Shown: positions 9,213 through 19,762 of the stretch, in pieces
Numbering within the stretch: the stretch's first letter is position 1
Layout of the letters: every line of letters starts with the position of its first letter
Assembly: GCA_025362495.1 (NCBI GenBank)
Contig: JANYGI010000026.1
Coordinates: 66,118-130,117, forward strand
Source of the DNA: Byssovorax sp.
Lineage (GTDB): Bacteria; Myxococcota_A; Polyangia; Polyangiales; Polyangiaceae
DNA length: 64,000 nucleotides
Direction: 5' to 3'
Translations under genes and position numbers: made by a program
Notes under the pieces: model-generated
What the model was told of the DNA's origin: nothing
Seen by the model: the letters and a program-made list of their open reading frames with translations, nothing else
The model's database searches: none

Positions 9213-10502
9213 ATGGAAGAGGCTGTCGTGCACCTGCGATTGATTGTTTCGACTTGCGCCTTCGCGCTCCTCGGCGCTGCTTGCAGCGGCTCCCCCATCA
9301 CCCCCGCGACGGGGGGCGACGACGCCCACCCGCCGCCACCCGGCGCGGCCGACGTCGGCAGCTTCGCGAAGAGCAGCAACGCGCTCGGGCTCGATCTGTA
9401 CGCCAGGGCGCGCGCGCGGCCGGGGAACCTGGCGCTCTCGCCGATCAGCGTCGCCGCGGCGCTGACGATGACGTGGGGCGGGGCGCGCGGCGAGACCGCG
9501 GCGCAGATGAAGAAGGTGCTCCACGCCGAGGGCGAGTCGGGTCCGGCGATGGACGTCGCGGGCCAGCTCCTCGCGAGCTTCGGCGGCGAGGGCAGCAAGG
9601 TCACGCTGCGCGTGGCCAACCGCCTCTTCGGCGAGAAGACCTATGCCTTCGAGCAGGCCTATCTGGATCACACCAAGGCGGCCTTCGGAGCGCCCCTGGA
9701 GGCCCTGGATTTCAAGGGCAACGTCGAGCCCAGCCGCGTGCACATCAACGCCTGGGTGGCCGGCCAGACGCAGGATCGGATCAAGGATCTCATCCCCGCA
9801 GGCGGGGTCAGCGGCGACACCCGCCTCGTGCTCACCAACGCCATCTATTTTCTGGGGAACTGGATGTCGCCGTTCACGAAGGAGGCCACGCGCCCCGCGG
9901 CCTTCCACGTGACGGCGAGCGCGTCGCGCGACGTGCCGACGATGAACCAGGACGCGCGCCTTCGCTTCGCGGCGACCGACGGCGTGAAGGTCCTGGAGAT
10001 GCCGTACGAGGGCGGCGAAGTGGCGATGGACTTCGTGCTACCCGACGCGGCCGACGGGCTCGACGCGGTGGAGAAGCGGCTCTCGACCGCGGCGATCGAC
10101 GCCTGGATCGGCGCGATGAAGTCGGAGCACGTGGACGTCGCGCTGCCGAAGTTCGAGATCAACCCGGCGGCGTCGATCTCGCTCGGCGACACGCTGAGAG
10201 AGCTCGGGATGCCGCTCGCTTTCACGGCGGGCAAGGCCGACTTCACCGGGATGGCCAACCCGCCGATCGCCGCGGATCGGCTCTACCTCGACAAGGTCTT
10301 TCACAAGGCCTTCGTGAAGCTCGACGAGAAGGGCACCGAGGCGGCCGCGGCGACCGCGGTGGTGATCAACGTCGAGACCGCGATGGTCCCGAGCCCGTCG
10401 GTGACCTTCAAGGCCGATCACCCGTTCCTGTTCGTGCTCCGCCACCTGAAGTCGGGGGCGATCCTGTTCATGGGCCGCGTCAGCGATCCCGCGGCGAAGT
10501 AG
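9213..10502 (+). CDS. Serpin lipoprotein, paralogue 3
   Basis: Signal/lipobox CAFALLGAAC; a GTG at 9228 may be the true start. Serpin motifs conserved. Reactive-centre loop VVINVETAMVPSPSVTF differs from paralogues 1 and 2. Confidence 0.85.
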   Translation: MEEAVVHLRLIVSTCAFALLGAACSGSPITPATGGDDAHPPPPGAADVGSFAKSSNALGLDLYARARARPGNLALSPISVAAALTMTWGGARGETAAQMKKVLHAEGESGPAMDVAGQLLASFGGEGSKVTLRVANRLFGEKTYAFEQAYLDHTKAAFGAPLEALDFKGNVEPSRVHINAWVAGQTQDRIKDLIPAGGVSGDTRLVLTNAIYFLGNWMSPFTKEATRPAAFHVTASASRDVPTMNQDARLRFAATDGVKVLEMPYEGGEVAMDFVLPDAADGLDAVEKRLSTAAIDAWIGAMKSEHVDVALPKFEINPAASISLGDTLRELGMPLAFTAGKADFTGMANPPIAADRLYLDKVFHKAFVKLDEKGTEAAAATAVVINVETAMVPSPSVTFKADHPFLFVLRHLKSGAILFMGRVSDPAAK

Positions 10503-12263
10503 TCACGCCGTGGCGAGCTGCCTCTCGACCAAGCGGCGATAGAGCCCCTCTTGCCCCATCAGGGCGCCGTGCGCGCCGCTCTGCACGATCTTTCCGCCGT
10601 CGATCACGCACACCCGATCCGCGCCCGCCACCGTCGAGAGGCGGTGGGCGATGATCAGCGTCGTGCGGCCCTTCATCAGGCGCTCCAGGGCCTCTTTCAC
10701 GAGGTGCTCGCTCTCGGCGTCGAGGGCGCTCGTGGCCTCGTCGAGCACGAGGATGCGCGGATCCTTGAGCACGGCGCGCGCGATGGCGACGCGCTGCTTC
10801 TGGCCGCCCGAGAGCTGCACGCCGCGCTCGCCCACCAGGGTCGCGTAGCCCTCGGGGAATTTCTCGATGAAGTCGTGCGCGTTGGCCGTGCGAGCGGCCG
10901 CGTAGATCTCGGCGTCGGTCGCGCCGAGGCGGCCGTAGCGGATGTTCTCGAGGATGCTGCACGAGAAGAGGATCGGCTCCTGCGCGACGACGCCGATCTT
11001 GCGGCGGAGGCCGTCGGGGGCGAGGTCGCGCAGATCGTGGCCGTCGATGCGGATGGCGCCGCCGTCGGGATCGTAGAGGCGCGTGAGGAGCCCGGCGATC
11101 GTCGATTTGCCGGCGCCTGAAGGCCCGACGAGCGCGACGACCTCGCCCGGCTTCACCGCGAGATTGATGCCGTTGAGCACGCGGGCGTCGGGGCGCGTCG
11201 GGTACGAGAACGTCACGTCGTCGAGCTCGACGCGGCCCTCGATCGACGCGAGCTCGAGGCCGCCGGTGGGCGCGATCGCCGGCGTGCGATCGAGCAGCTC
11301 GAAGATGCGCTCGGCCGCGCCGCTGGCCTTCATGAAGTCGGCCCAGAGATCGGTGAGGCCGCCGAGCGAGACGGCGACGAGCATCGTGTAGACGAGGAAC
11401 GACGTGAGGCCGCCCGCGCTGAGCGTGCCCGCGGCCACCAGGCGACCGCCGCGCCAGAGCACCGCCGCGATGGCCGCGTAGGCCGCGAACGAGGCGACGC
11501 CGATGAACGTGGAGGCCATCATCGCGCGCGTCCGGGCCAGATCGAACGAGCCGGTGACGGCCGCGGCGTAGCGCGCGACCTCGATCTGCTCGGCGGCGAA
11601 CGAGCGCACCGTGCGGATGCCCGAGAGCGTCTCCTCGGCGACCTCGCTGCTCTTGGCGAGCTTGTCCTGTACGTCGCGGGAAAGCTTGCGGACGCGGCGC
11701 CCGTAGGCGACGGCGCCGAGCGCGACCGGCGGCACGACCGCGAGCATCACCAGCGTCAGCTCGCCCGAGGTGTAGAACAGGCAGCCGATCCCGCCGAGGA
11801 TCGTGGCCATGAAGCGCAGCCCCATCGAGATGTTCACGCTCACCGTGCTCTGCAGCACGGTGGTGTCGGCCGCGAGGCGGTTGGTCAGCTCACCCGTCTT
11901 GCGCGCGTCGAAGAAGGCGATCTCCTGATCCATCAGCCGCGCGAAGAGATCCGATCGCAGCCGCGCCACGACGCGCTCGCCGGCGATGGTGAAGAGGGCC
12001 GATCGGGCCGCCACCGCGACGGCCTGGACGACGGCGATCCCCAGCAGCGCGAGGGCGGCGTGATCGAGCGCGGCGACGCTCTTTCCCGGGCCCGCGGCGC
12101 TGTCGACGATGTTGCCGATCGCCTTCGGAAGCACCAGGCCCGCGACGCTGCCGATCGCCAGGAACAACGTGCCGAGCACCAGGCTGCGGCCCTCCGGGCG
12201 CGCTAGCCGCAGCACTCGTCGGAAGGAGTCGGGGCGAAACATCGGCTTCGGATCGGCTGCCAT
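10503..12263 (-). CDS. ABC exporter, fused permease plus ATPase (MsbA-like)
   Basis: Six-TM N-terminal domain, Walker [13 protein letters not shown] signature LSGGQKQR and Walker [13 protein letters not shown]. Start verified at MAADPKPMF (12263). The upstream 313 codons of the track ORF are Arg-rich read-through. Confidence 0.85.
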   Translation of the reverse strand: MAADPKPMFRPDSFRRVLRLARPEGRSLVLGTLFLAIGSVAGLVLPKAIGNIVDSAAGPGKSVAALDHAALALLGIAVVQAVAVAARSALFTIAGERVVARLRSDLFARLMDQEIAFFDARKTGELTNRLAADTTVLQSTVSVNISMGLRFMATILGGIGCLFYTSGELTLVMLAVVPPVALGAVAYGRRVRKLSRDVQDKLAKSSEVAEETLSGIRTVRSFAAEQIEVARYAAAVTGSFDLARTRAMMASTFIGVASFAAYAAIAAVLWRGGRLVAAGTLSAGGLTSFLVYTMLVAVSLGGLTDLWADFMKASGAAERIFELLDRTPAIAPTGGLELASIEGRVELDDVTFSYPTRPDARVLNGINLAVKPGEVVALVGPSGAGKSTIAGLLTRLYDPDGGAIRIDGHDLRDLAPDGLRRKIGVVAQEPILFSCSILENIRYGRLGATDAEIYAAARTANAHDFIEKFPEGYATLVGERGVQLSGGQKQRVAIARAVLKDPRILVLDEATSALDAESEHLVKEALERLMKGRTTLIIAHRLSTVAGADRVCVIDGGKIVQSGAHGALMGQEGLYRRLVERQLATA

Positions 12264-12385
12264 CACGCTCTCGTGTAGCGGGTCAGGCGCGGGTGAAGTG
12301 GTAAAAACTGTTAAGCCCCGACAATGGGCGGCCGTTCTCTCCAGGCTTGATGGAGACGCGCTATCCCCCGAGCGAAGCAGCTCAC

Positions 12386-13531
12386 TCAGTCTCCGCCGAG
12401 CCTGATCCGCGCGCGGAGCATGAGCGCGCCGATCAGGTCCTCGTCGGCGTCGCTGCGCTGCGACCACCCGAGGGCCAGGTAACAGAGCAGCTCGCCGAGG
12501 GTGGTGCCGCTCGGCGTGACACGGCCGGGGCGCACGATCGCCAGCTGCTCGCCGTCCGCTGCGAGGCCCACGATCGCCTGCGTCGAGGACGCGCCCAGCG
12601 CCGAGCCCAGGATCCTCGCCACCGGGTAGAGGCCGGCGGCGGCGCCGCGCTCCCACGCGTCGTCGCTCTCGAGGGCCCGGAGCTCGGCCTCGCGGAGAAA
12701 CTGGAGCGTGCCTTCGATCGCGCCGATCGAGAGCTCGCGATAGCGGTCCGTCGGATCGCCGGGATCGACCCAGTCGTAGACGCTGACGAAGGCTGCGTGG
12801 CCTGCGGGCTGCGCGACGCCGCGGAGTGCTGGTGGCGCGGTGAATGCGCCACGGCCCGGGGTGCGGCGAAGCGCGCGCACGAGCCGGCGCGCCTCGTCGG
12901 CGATGGCCTCTGGCCCCGGCGCGATCAGCCGCACGTCGACGCGCCGCTCGGTGTCGAACAGCGCGCCCATCAGCGCCGGGAGCGCGGGCGCGCGGAGCTC
13001 GCTCGAGAGGAACGTCGAGCCGCGGTGCGGCCGGATCGCGGTGGCCTCGGCGGCGCGCTCCTCGGCGTCGGTCGCGTCGTCGTCGATCGCGATCGCGATC
13101 TCGTGCACCTCGCTGGCCTCGGCGCTCTCGACGCCGGCCTCGATCCCTTCCTCGCTCTCGCGCACGAAATGCCGCTGAAACGTGCCAGAAGCGAAGCTCC
13201 ACCCGTCGTCGTGGATCACGTCCTCCGCGAAGATCGCGCAGAGCACGCGCGCGTCGGGCGCGCCGAGCTCGGCGGCCGCGTCGATCACCCCGACCGCGGG
13301 CGAGACCTCGGCCTCGAAGAGCTCGACCAGGTGCTCGAGGTCCTCGCCGTCACGGCCGAGGCCGCTCGCGTAGAACGCGACCGAGTACCCGGGGACGCCG
13401 CGCAGCTCGGCGATCATCAGGTGCGGCGCGGGCACGTCGAAGCCGGCGAGCGCCACCGCGAAGCCCCGCGAGAGGGCTCGATCCGTGACCTCGGCGGGGC
13501 GAAACAGGAGCGCGGCGAAGGGAGAGGTCAT
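12386..13531 (-). CDS. Hypothetical protein
   Basis: Balanced amino-acid composition with high GC3. Start taken at MTSPFAALLF (cat at 13529-13531); the track ORF extends further upstream. No recognisable domain. Confidence 0.4.
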   Translation of the reverse strand: MTSPFAALLFRPAEVTDRALSRGFAVALAGFDVPAPHLMIAELRGVPGYSVAFYASGLGRDGEDLEHLVELFEAEVSPAVGVIDAAAELGAPDARVLCAIFAEDVIHDDGWSFASGTFQRHFVRESEEGIEAGVESAEASEVHEIAIAIDDDATDAEERAAEATAIRPHRGSTFLSSELRAPALPALMGALFDTERRVDVRLIAPGPEAIADEARRLVRALRRTPGRGAFTAPPALRGVAQPAGHAAFVSVYDWVDPGDPTDRYRELSIGAIEGTLQFLREAELRALESDDAWERGAAAGLYPVARILGSALGASSTQAIVGLAADGEQLAIVRPGRVTPSGTTLGELLCYLALGWSQRSDADEDLIGALMLRARIRLGGD

Positions 13532-13814
13532 CGCGGCAGAGGGTACGGCGAAGCCGTGGGCCGGTGTCAACAGCGAGGGGCCGACGCGCGAGGCCCGAGC
13601 CCGGTACGAAAGCATGAACGCAGCGCGCCGGCTGTGCATCCGATCGATCGACGAAGCGGTCGACGAGCGCTGGACGCGACACCGCCCGCGCCGAGGCACC
13701 ACGCGCGCGCCCACGCGGCCGAGGTCGCTCGATTTCGTCACTACGCCAGCACTGGCCTCGCCGCTCCGGCGGGGCTTCACCGGCGCGCGTCCGCGCACGC
13801 CAGGGAACCGATTC

Positions 13815-14723
13815 ATGAGCCATGTGTCCTCGAAGGGTCCGCCTCGCTGTTCGCCTCGCCGTCGCGCCTGGAGAGCGACATCGGCCTTCTCCGTGATCGC
13901 CGCGCTGGCGACGATCTTCGCGGCCTCCACCGCCGCCGCCGAGCCGCCGCCGTTGATGGGGTACGCGTCCGGATCCTGGCCGCCACCCACGCGTTTCGAC
14001 GGCTCGATCGAGGTGCAGATCGAGGCACCGACGCGGCCGCCCCCGGACGCGGTGACGCCGGCCCCGAAGGACGCGAGCTCGCCGAGCTTCGACCTCGGCT
14101 GCGCGACCGAGGTCCCCTTGATGGTCGGGGGCCAGCTGACGCTGGAGCTGCCGTATCGGATCTTGCTGCAGGGCGAGGTCGGCGTGCTCCCAGCGGCCTA
14201 TGTCAACGGGATCGACAGCGTGCTCGTCGGCAGCGGCGCCTATGACGCGACGACGTCGTCGCTGGTCCGCAGCACGCTGCAGAGCTCGCTCGTCGTCCGC
14301 GCCTCGGCGGGGTTTCGCCCCTTCACCGATCACGGCCTCGAGATCATGGGCGGCTACACGCTGACCTCGCTCGGCGGCGGCGTGAGCGCGCGCTCCGCCG
14401 TCGAGGCCGCCGCCGGCCTGACGATCCCCGCCGAGATCCCCGACGCGCAGATCCAGCTCAAGACCACCATCCACAGCGTCCACGCGTCGGTCGGGTGGCG
14501 CTGGATCGTGGGCGATCACTTCGTGGTGCGCGCGTCGCTCGCGTACCTCCAGGCCGTGGGATCGTCGTCGAGCCTCGCCGTGCCCGCGTCGATCTCGGCG
14601 GTCCCGGGCGCGGCCGCGCGTGTCGCGCAGGTGAGCCAGGCCATCGACTCGACGCTGAACACCAGCTTCACGAGGTACGCCAAGATGCCGGTGATGGGCC
14701 TCTCGCTGGGGTATCGCTTCTAG
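13815..14723 (+). CDS. Secreted hypothetical protein, possibly an outer-membrane beta-barrel
   Basis: Signal peptide RRRAWRATSAFSVIAALATIFAASTAAAEP. Alternating Ser/Gly/Val-rich strands and a terminal GYRF aromatic residue as in OM beta-barrels. Confidence 0.45.
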   Translation: MSHVSSKGPPRCSPRRRAWRATSAFSVIAALATIFAASTAAAEPPPLMGYASGSWPPPTRFDGSIEVQIEAPTRPPPDAVTPAPKDASSPSFDLGCATEVPLMVGGQLTLELPYRILLQGEVGVLPAAYVNGIDSVLVGSGAYDATTSSLVRSTLQSSLVVRASAGFRPFTDHGLEIMGGYTLTSLGGGVSARSAVEAAAGLTIPAEIPDAQIQLKTTIHSVHASVGWRWIVGDHFVVRASLAYLQAVGSSSSLAVPASISAVPGAAARVAQVSQAIDSTLNTSFTRYAKMPVMGLSLGYRF

Positions 14724-14839
14724 TCGGGTCGACCGCGACGGAACCGTGCGAGGCCTCCGTTTCGCGGTGATCCACGAGGCGATCGTCGTGCGGCGCGTCG
14801 CGGGTTCGCGCATACTCGGCCGCGGGGAGGAGCGGGCCG

Positions 14840-15790
14840 ATGATCGTCACCCAGAGCCAGATCGAGCGCCGGATCGACGAGGCCACAGCACGGGTCACCG
14901 ACCGCCGCGTCGGCCTCTTCGGGCCCGGCTCGATGACGTGGCGCATCTCGCGCGAGTCGATCGTCTTCCTCGGCGCCGGCCGGGCCGCGCTGCTCCAGCT
15001 CGCGCACCCGTTCGTGGCTCATGCGATCGAGCAGCACTCGGCCACGCGGGCCGATCCGGTCGGGCGCTTCAACCGCACCTTCCTCCACGTCTACGGGATG
15101 ATCTTCGGCGATCTCGACAGCGTCATCGGCGCCGCGCGGCGCGTCCGCGGCGTCCACGATCGCATCCACGGGCCAATCGACGAAGACGTCGGCGCGTACC
15201 ACCGCGGGCAGCGCTACACGGCCCACGACGAGGGCGCGCTCCTCTGGGTCTTCGCCACGCTGATCGAGACCAGCGTGATGGCCTACGAGCTCGGGATAGC
15301 CACGCTGTCACCCGCCGAGAAGAATGCCTATTACGAGGAGTCGAAGCTATTCGCCGCGCTCTTCGGGATCGCCGACGCCGCGCTGCCGCCCGACTGGCCG
15401 GCGTTCAAGGCCTACTGCGCCGACATGGCCTCGAGCGACGCCCTCGCCGTGGGCCGGCCGGCGCTGGACACCGCGCGCTTCCTGCTCACGCCGCCGCGCG
15501 GGGCGCTCGCGCCGCTGATGCGTGGCTATGGAGCGCTGACGACTGGCCTGCTCCCGCCCCGCGTCCGCGAGGGCTACGGCCTCCCGTTCGGCCCCGGGGA
15601 ACAGGCCTCGTTCCAGCGCACCCTGCGCGGCGTCGCGCTCGGCTGGCGCCACATCCCCGAGCGGCTGCGCTGGGTCCCCGACTACGTCGAGGCCCGGAGG
15701 CGCCTCGACGGCCGGCCGCGCCCCGACACGCTCGGACGCGCCGTCCAGCAGCGCATCCTCGACGGCATCAAGCCGCAGCGCGCCGGGTAG
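14840..15790 (+). CDS. DUF2236 (MpaB-like oxygenase family) protein
   Basis: N-terminal pattern PGSMTWRISRESIVFLGAGRAALLQLAHPFVAHAI is typical of the DUF2236/MpaB family. Confidence 0.65.
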   Translation: MIVTQSQIERRIDEATARVTDRRVGLFGPGSMTWRISRESIVFLGAGRAALLQLAHPFVAHAIEQHSATRADPVGRFNRTFLHVYGMIFGDLDSVIGAARRVRGVHDRIHGPIDEDVGAYHRGQRYTAHDEGALLWVFATLIETSVMAYELGIATLSPAEKNAYYEESKLFAALFGIADAALPPDWPAFKAYCADMASSDALAVGRPALDTARFLLTPPRGALAPLMRGYGALTTGLLPPRVREGYGLPFGPGEQASFQRTLRGVALGWRHIPERLRWVPDYVEARRRLDGRPRPDTLGRAVQQRILDGIKPQRAG

Positions 15791-15796
15791 CGCTCC

Positions 15797-17347
15797 TCAA
15801 CGCTTCTTGCTCTTCCAGACCTCGTCGATCCAGGCCTCCACGTCGTCGACCTGGCTCGGGATGTGGGAAGAGAGGTTATCGTAACCCTTCTTCGTCACCA
15901 CGATGTCGTCCTCGATCCGCACGCCGATACCGCGGTACTGCTCGGGCACGGTGAGATCGTTCTCCTGGAAATAAAGGCCCGGCTCGACGGTGAGCACCAT
16001 CCCGACCTCGAGCTTGCCGAACTTGTAGACCTCGGAGCGGGCCTGGGCGCAGTCGTGGACGTCGAGCCCGAGCATGTGGCTCACGTTGTGGAGCGAGTAC
16101 CGCTTGTAAAACTGGTGCTCCTCCTTCAGCGCCTCGGCCGCGGTGGTCTTGAGGATCCCGAGCGACTCCAGCCCTTCGGCCAGGACCTTCATCGCGGCGC
16201 GGTTCGGCTCCATGAAGTCGTTGCCCGGCTTCACCGCCTTGAACGCGGCCTTCTGGGCCCGGTAAACCAGCTTGTAGATCGTCCGCTGCTCCTTCGAGAA
16301 GCGGCCCTTGATCGGGAGCGTCCGGGTGATGTCGGCGGTGTAGAGCGAGTTGCCCTCGACCCCGGCGTCGAGCAACAAGAGCTCTCCTTTGTGGAGCGTA
16401 CCGTCGTTCTTCGTCCAGTGGAGCACGCAGGCGTGCGGGCCTGAAGCGGCGATGGTGCCATAGCCGACGTCGTTGCCCTCGATCCGCGCGCGGAGGTTGA
16501 AGATGCCCTCGACCTCGCGCTCGCTCTTCGCCTTGCGGAGGCCACGGATCACGTCCTCGAAGCCGCGCTTGGTCGAGTCGATCACGGCGCGGAGCTCGCC
16601 AATCTCGGCCTCGTCCTTGATCAACCGCATCTCCGCGAGCGAGGCGGCGAGCTGCTTGTCGCGGTCGCCCACGGCGAGCGCGTCGTCGACCTTGTGCGAG
16701 AAGCCACGGAGCACGCAGCGCTTCCGCTCGGCGTCGCCGGCCAGCGTCTCCAGGAGACCCTTCAAATCAGGGAGGCCCTGGCACTCGTGGACGCCGAAGC
16801 GGACCAGGCTCTCCGGCACGCCGAGGCGCGGCCCGACCCAGAGCTCGCCCTTGATCCGATCGGTGAAGAAGGTGGCGTCGGCGCGGCCGGGGTTGGGCTC
16901 GACATAAAGCACGTCGGTGTGGCCGTCCGCTGTCGGGACCATCACCAGCACGCAGTCGGGCTCGAGGTTGCCAGTGAGATAGTAGAAGTCGGTCGCGGGG
17001 CGAAAGCGATAATGGGTGTCGTTTGACCGGACCTTCTCGTGGCCGGTGGGGATGATCAGCGTCTCGCCCCGGAAAAGCTTCGACAGCGCGCGTCGGCGTC
17101 GCTCGAAATCGGCAACGTTGGTGAGTGGGTCGCTCGGCGCCGTCGGGCCCGCGCCCCACTCCGTCACCATGAAGTCGAGCAGCGCTTTCGGAGGCGGGGT
17201 GTCGTGCGACGCTGGGGGAGCCGCCGGCGCGCCCGGATCCGCGGAAATTTGCGGTGTCTCTGCGGCCGGAGCGGAGTGGGCGGCGCTTTCGTCGTTGAGC
17301 TGGTTCATGGCGATCCGCGATACTTTACCAATCGCGCGCCTTTGCAA
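15797..17347 (-). CDS. pepP: Xaa-Pro aminopeptidase (M24B)
   Basis: AMP_N region FRPATDFYYLTG and M24 metal ligands HNVSHMLGLDVHD and VEPGLYF...GIGVRIEDD. A roughly 70-aa Pro/Ala-rich N-terminal extension is present; an alternative start exists at 17308 (MNQLND). Confidence 0.85.
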   Translation of the reverse strand: MQRRAIGKVSRIAMNQLNDESAAHSAPAAETPQISADPGAPAAPPASHDTPPPKALLDFMVTEWGAGPTAPSDPLTNVADFERRRRALSKLFRGETLIIPTGHEKVRSNDTHYRFRPATDFYYLTGNLEPDCVLVMVPTADGHTDVLYVEPNPGRADATFFTDRIKGELWVGPRLGVPESLVRFGVHECQGLPDLKGLLETLAGDAERKRCVLRGFSHKVDDALAVGDRDKQLAASLAEMRLIKDEAEIGELRAVIDSTKRGFEDVIRGLRKAKSEREVEGIFNLRARIEGNDVGYGTIAASGPHACVLHWTKNDGTLHKGELLLLDAGVEGNSLYTADITRTLPIKGRFSKEQRTIYKLVYRAQKAAFKAVKPGNDFMEPNRAAMKVLAEGLESLGILKTTAAEALKEEHQFYKRYSLHNVSHMLGLDVHDCAQARSEVYKFGKLEVGMVLTVEPGLYFQENDLTVPEQYRGIGVRIEDDIVVTKKGYDNLSSHIPSQVDDVEAWIDEVWKSKKR

Positions 17348-17446
17348 GGGGTTTCACGGGCGAGCAAGACGCCGCCCCGGGGCATCGCGCTCGTGTAGGA
17401 TGCGGGCCGGCGGCGGGCTGGGCCCCGCACGAGAGGCAGCGCGGCG

Positions 17447-19762
17447 ATGCGGAGCGCGTGGATTCGAGGCGTGGGGTTCTTCGGCGCGGTGGTGTCGCTC
17501 GCCGCGGCTTGCTCCGTGGGGGTCGAGCCGCCTCCCGGCGTCGACGGCCCGGGTAGCCGGCTTCTCCAGATCACCATCGGCGGTGGCAGCAACATCGACG
17601 CCGGCGCCCCGCTGCCCGGCGTCGGCGGAGCCTTCTCCGGCAGCGGCGGGAGCGCGCAGTCGAGCTCGAGCTCGAGCAGCGTCGGCGTCGGCGTGGGCGT
17701 GGGCGGGGCGCCGACGAGCGGCGCGTCGTCGAGCTCGAGCAGCGTCGGCGTGGGCGGGGCGCCGACGAGCGGCGCGTCGTCGAGCTCGAGCAGCGTCGGC
17801 GTGGGCGGCGCGCCGACGAGCGGCGCGTCGTCGAGCGCCTCGTCAACGACGTCAACGACGTCGACCAGCGGCGCGTCGTCGAGCTCCACCGGCATCATGA
17901 CGACGTTGCCCAGCGGCGCGCCCTGCGTCGCGAACGGCGACTGCCAGTCGGTGAGCTGCGTCGACGGTGTCTGCTGCAACGGCGCCTGCGCCGGGACGTG
18001 CGTCGCGTGCTCGGCCGCGAAGAAGGGCGGCGGCCCCGACGGCGTGTGCGGCTCGATCGCCGTGGGGCTCGATCCCGACAGCGAGTGCGCCGTGCAAGGC
18101 GGCTGCGGCATGACGGGGGCTTGCAGCGGCTCGCCGTCGTGCGCGCTGGCCCCCGCGACGACGTCGTGCGCGAGCTGCGCTGCGACGGAGGGCTACGTCT
18201 ACCCGAGCCTCTGCGACGGCTCCGGCGCCTGCGTGCTGCCGCAGCCGGCGTCGTGCGGCTTCTACCGGTGCGCCGCGGCGGCGTGCCTGACGACGTGCCA
18301 GGCCGACACCGACTGCATCTCGACGGCGCATTGCCTCGGCGGCACGTGCCAGAAGAAGGCCCCGCAGGGCAGCGCATGCACCGGCAACAGCGCCTGCTCG
18401 GGGGGCCTGTCGTGCGTCGACGGCGTCTGCTGCGACTCCGCGTGCGCGGGCTCGTGCATGGCCTGCACGAACGCGAAGACGGGCAGCGGCGCCGACGGGG
18501 TCTGCGCCAACATCGCCGCCGCGACCGATCCCGACGGCGAGTGCCCGGATCCGGCGCCGCAATCGCCGTGTGCGGCGCCCGGCGTCTGCAATGGAAACGG
18601 CGCGTGCGCGCCGCCCGCGCCCGCGAACGTGCCCTGCGGCAACGGCTCGTGCTCGGGCAACCCGGGGACGGCGTTCGGCCCGTCGGCGTGCGACGGCCTC
18701 GGCGTGTGCACCCCGGGGATCACCACGGCGTGCACCGGGCCCTGCAACGGGACGATCTGCCAGAAGGGCTGCATGAACGACGCGCAGTGCCCCTCGACCG
18801 AGTACTGCGCGGGCATGATGTGCGCGCCGAAGAAAGGACTCGGGATCCCCTGCGGCGGCGCGGTCGAATGCTCGGTCGGCTACTGCGTGCAGGGGGTGTG
18901 CTGCGACTCGGCCTGCAACACCGGCGGCGCCTGCCAGACCTGCCTCAAGACGGCCGGCGTGCCGAACGACGGGACCTGCACGCTGCTGAACGGCAAGCTG
19001 CCGGGCTACCCGTGCGACGACGGCAAGCAATGCACCGACGACGCGTGCGGCGGAGGAGCCTGCGTGCACCCCGCGGTGGTGTGCGCTGCGCCGGGCCCGT
19101 GCATGGAGCCCGGCGTCTGCGACGACGCGACCGGGGCGTGCACCAGCGCGCCGACGACGTGCCCGGGAGCCGCGCTGTGCAAGCTCGCGAGCACCTGCGA
19201 TCCGACGACGGGTCAGTGCGCGGAGCCGGGCGCGATCAGCTGCCCCGCGCCGAGCGACGCGTGCCACATGGCCTCGGCGTGTGACGAGAGCACCGGGAAA
19301 TGCCTCGCCGAGCAGCCGGTGACGTGCCCCGTCGGCGGCCTCGCCGATTGCCTCACGCGCGTGTGCGACGTCACCGCGACCAACGGCCCGTGCGTCGTCC
19401 GATCGAGCCTCGACGGCGTCGCGTGCCACGCGGGCGCGCAGGCGGGGATCTGCCTCGCCGGGAGCTGCTTCACGGTGACCGGCATCGAGGGAACCGGCGG
19501 CGGCGCCGGCGGCGTCGCGGCGACGAGCAGCAACGCGACCGGGGCGAGCGCGGCGACGGGCGCCGTGGGCGTCGGCGGCGAGGGCGGCGGCGGCGCCTTC
19601 CACTTCGCGGGCGGAGCGTGCAACATCGTCAACATGGGTAAATCAAGCCTCGAAGGCGAAGTCGGGCGCGCGGCGTGGCTCCTCGCGGCGGCGCTGTTCG
19701 CGGCGCGTCGACGCGCGGCGCGCGCGGGGCTCACGGCGCGGCGAGGGTCGCGCGATGCGTGA
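17447..19762 (+). CDS. Cysteine-rich repeat surface lipoprotein with a MYXO-CTERM sorting tail
   Basis: Lipoprotein signal VVSLAAACS, a Gly/Ser linker with [18 protein letters not shown] x3, and more than 15 Cys-rich repeats of the form CxxGxC...C.DGVCC..AC.G.C.AC (TIGR02232-like). C-terminus GGACNIVN...[18 protein letters not shown] matches the MYXO-CTERM pattern. Confidence 0.8.
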   Translation: MRSAWIRGVGFFGAVVSLAAACSVGVEPPPGVDGPGSRLLQITIGGGSNIDAGAPLPGVGGAFSGSGGSAQSSSSSSSVGVGVGVGGAPTSGASSSSSSVGVGGAPTSGASSSSSSVGVGGAPTSGASSSASSTTSTTSTSGASSSSTGIMTTLPSGAPCVANGDCQSVSCVDGVCCNGACAGTCVACSAAKKGGGPDGVCGSIAVGLDPDSECAVQGGCGMTGACSGSPSCALAPATTSCASCAATEGYVYPSLCDGSGACVLPQPASCGFYRCAAAACLTTCQADTDCISTAHCLGGTCQKKAPQGSACTGNSACSGGLSCVDGVCCDSACAGSCMACTNAKTGSGADGVCANIAAATDPDGECPDPAPQSPCAAPGVCNGNGACAPPAPANVPCGNGSCSGNPGTAFGPSACDGLGVCTPGITTACTGPCNGTICQKGCMNDAQCPSTEYCAGMMCAPKKGLGIPCGGAVECSVGYCVQGVCCDSACNTGGACQTCLKTAGVPNDGTCTLLNGKLPGYPCDDGKQCTDDACGGGACVHPAVVCAAPGPCMEPGVCDDATGACTSAPTTCPGAALCKLASTCDPTTGQCAEPGAISCPAPSDACHMASACDESTGKCLAEQPVTCPVGGLADCLTRVCDVTATNGPCVVRSSLDGVACHAGAQAGICLAGSCFTVTGIEGTGGGAGGVAATSSNATGASAATGAVGVGGEGGGGAFHFAGGACNIVNMGKSSLEGEVGRAAWLLAAALFAARRRAARAGLTARRGSRDA
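17677..17845. repeat. Near-perfect 51-bp tandem repeat (about 3.3 copies) inside the MYXO-CTERM gene
   Basis: The unit agcgtcggcgtgggcggggcgccgacgagcggcgcgtcgtcgagctcgagc is repeated in frame, encoding [17 protein letters not shown]. Confidence 0.7.

Noticed and set aside
6298-10445. Several long minus-strand ORFs antisense to the serpin genes (661, 292, 270, 257 and 135 aa)
   Set aside because: Arg/Gly-rich antisense artefacts. The + strand encodes complete serpins.
12347-14245. 632-aa + strand ORF across the hypothetical and OMP-like genes
   Set aside because: Arg-rich low-complexity translation. The two opposing genes have sensible composition.
17852-19603. 583-aa minus-strand ORF, plus ORFs at 17305-18111 and 17998-19284
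   Set aside because: Alternative frames of the Cys-rich repeat gene. Their translations are Arg/Ala homopolymer-like.
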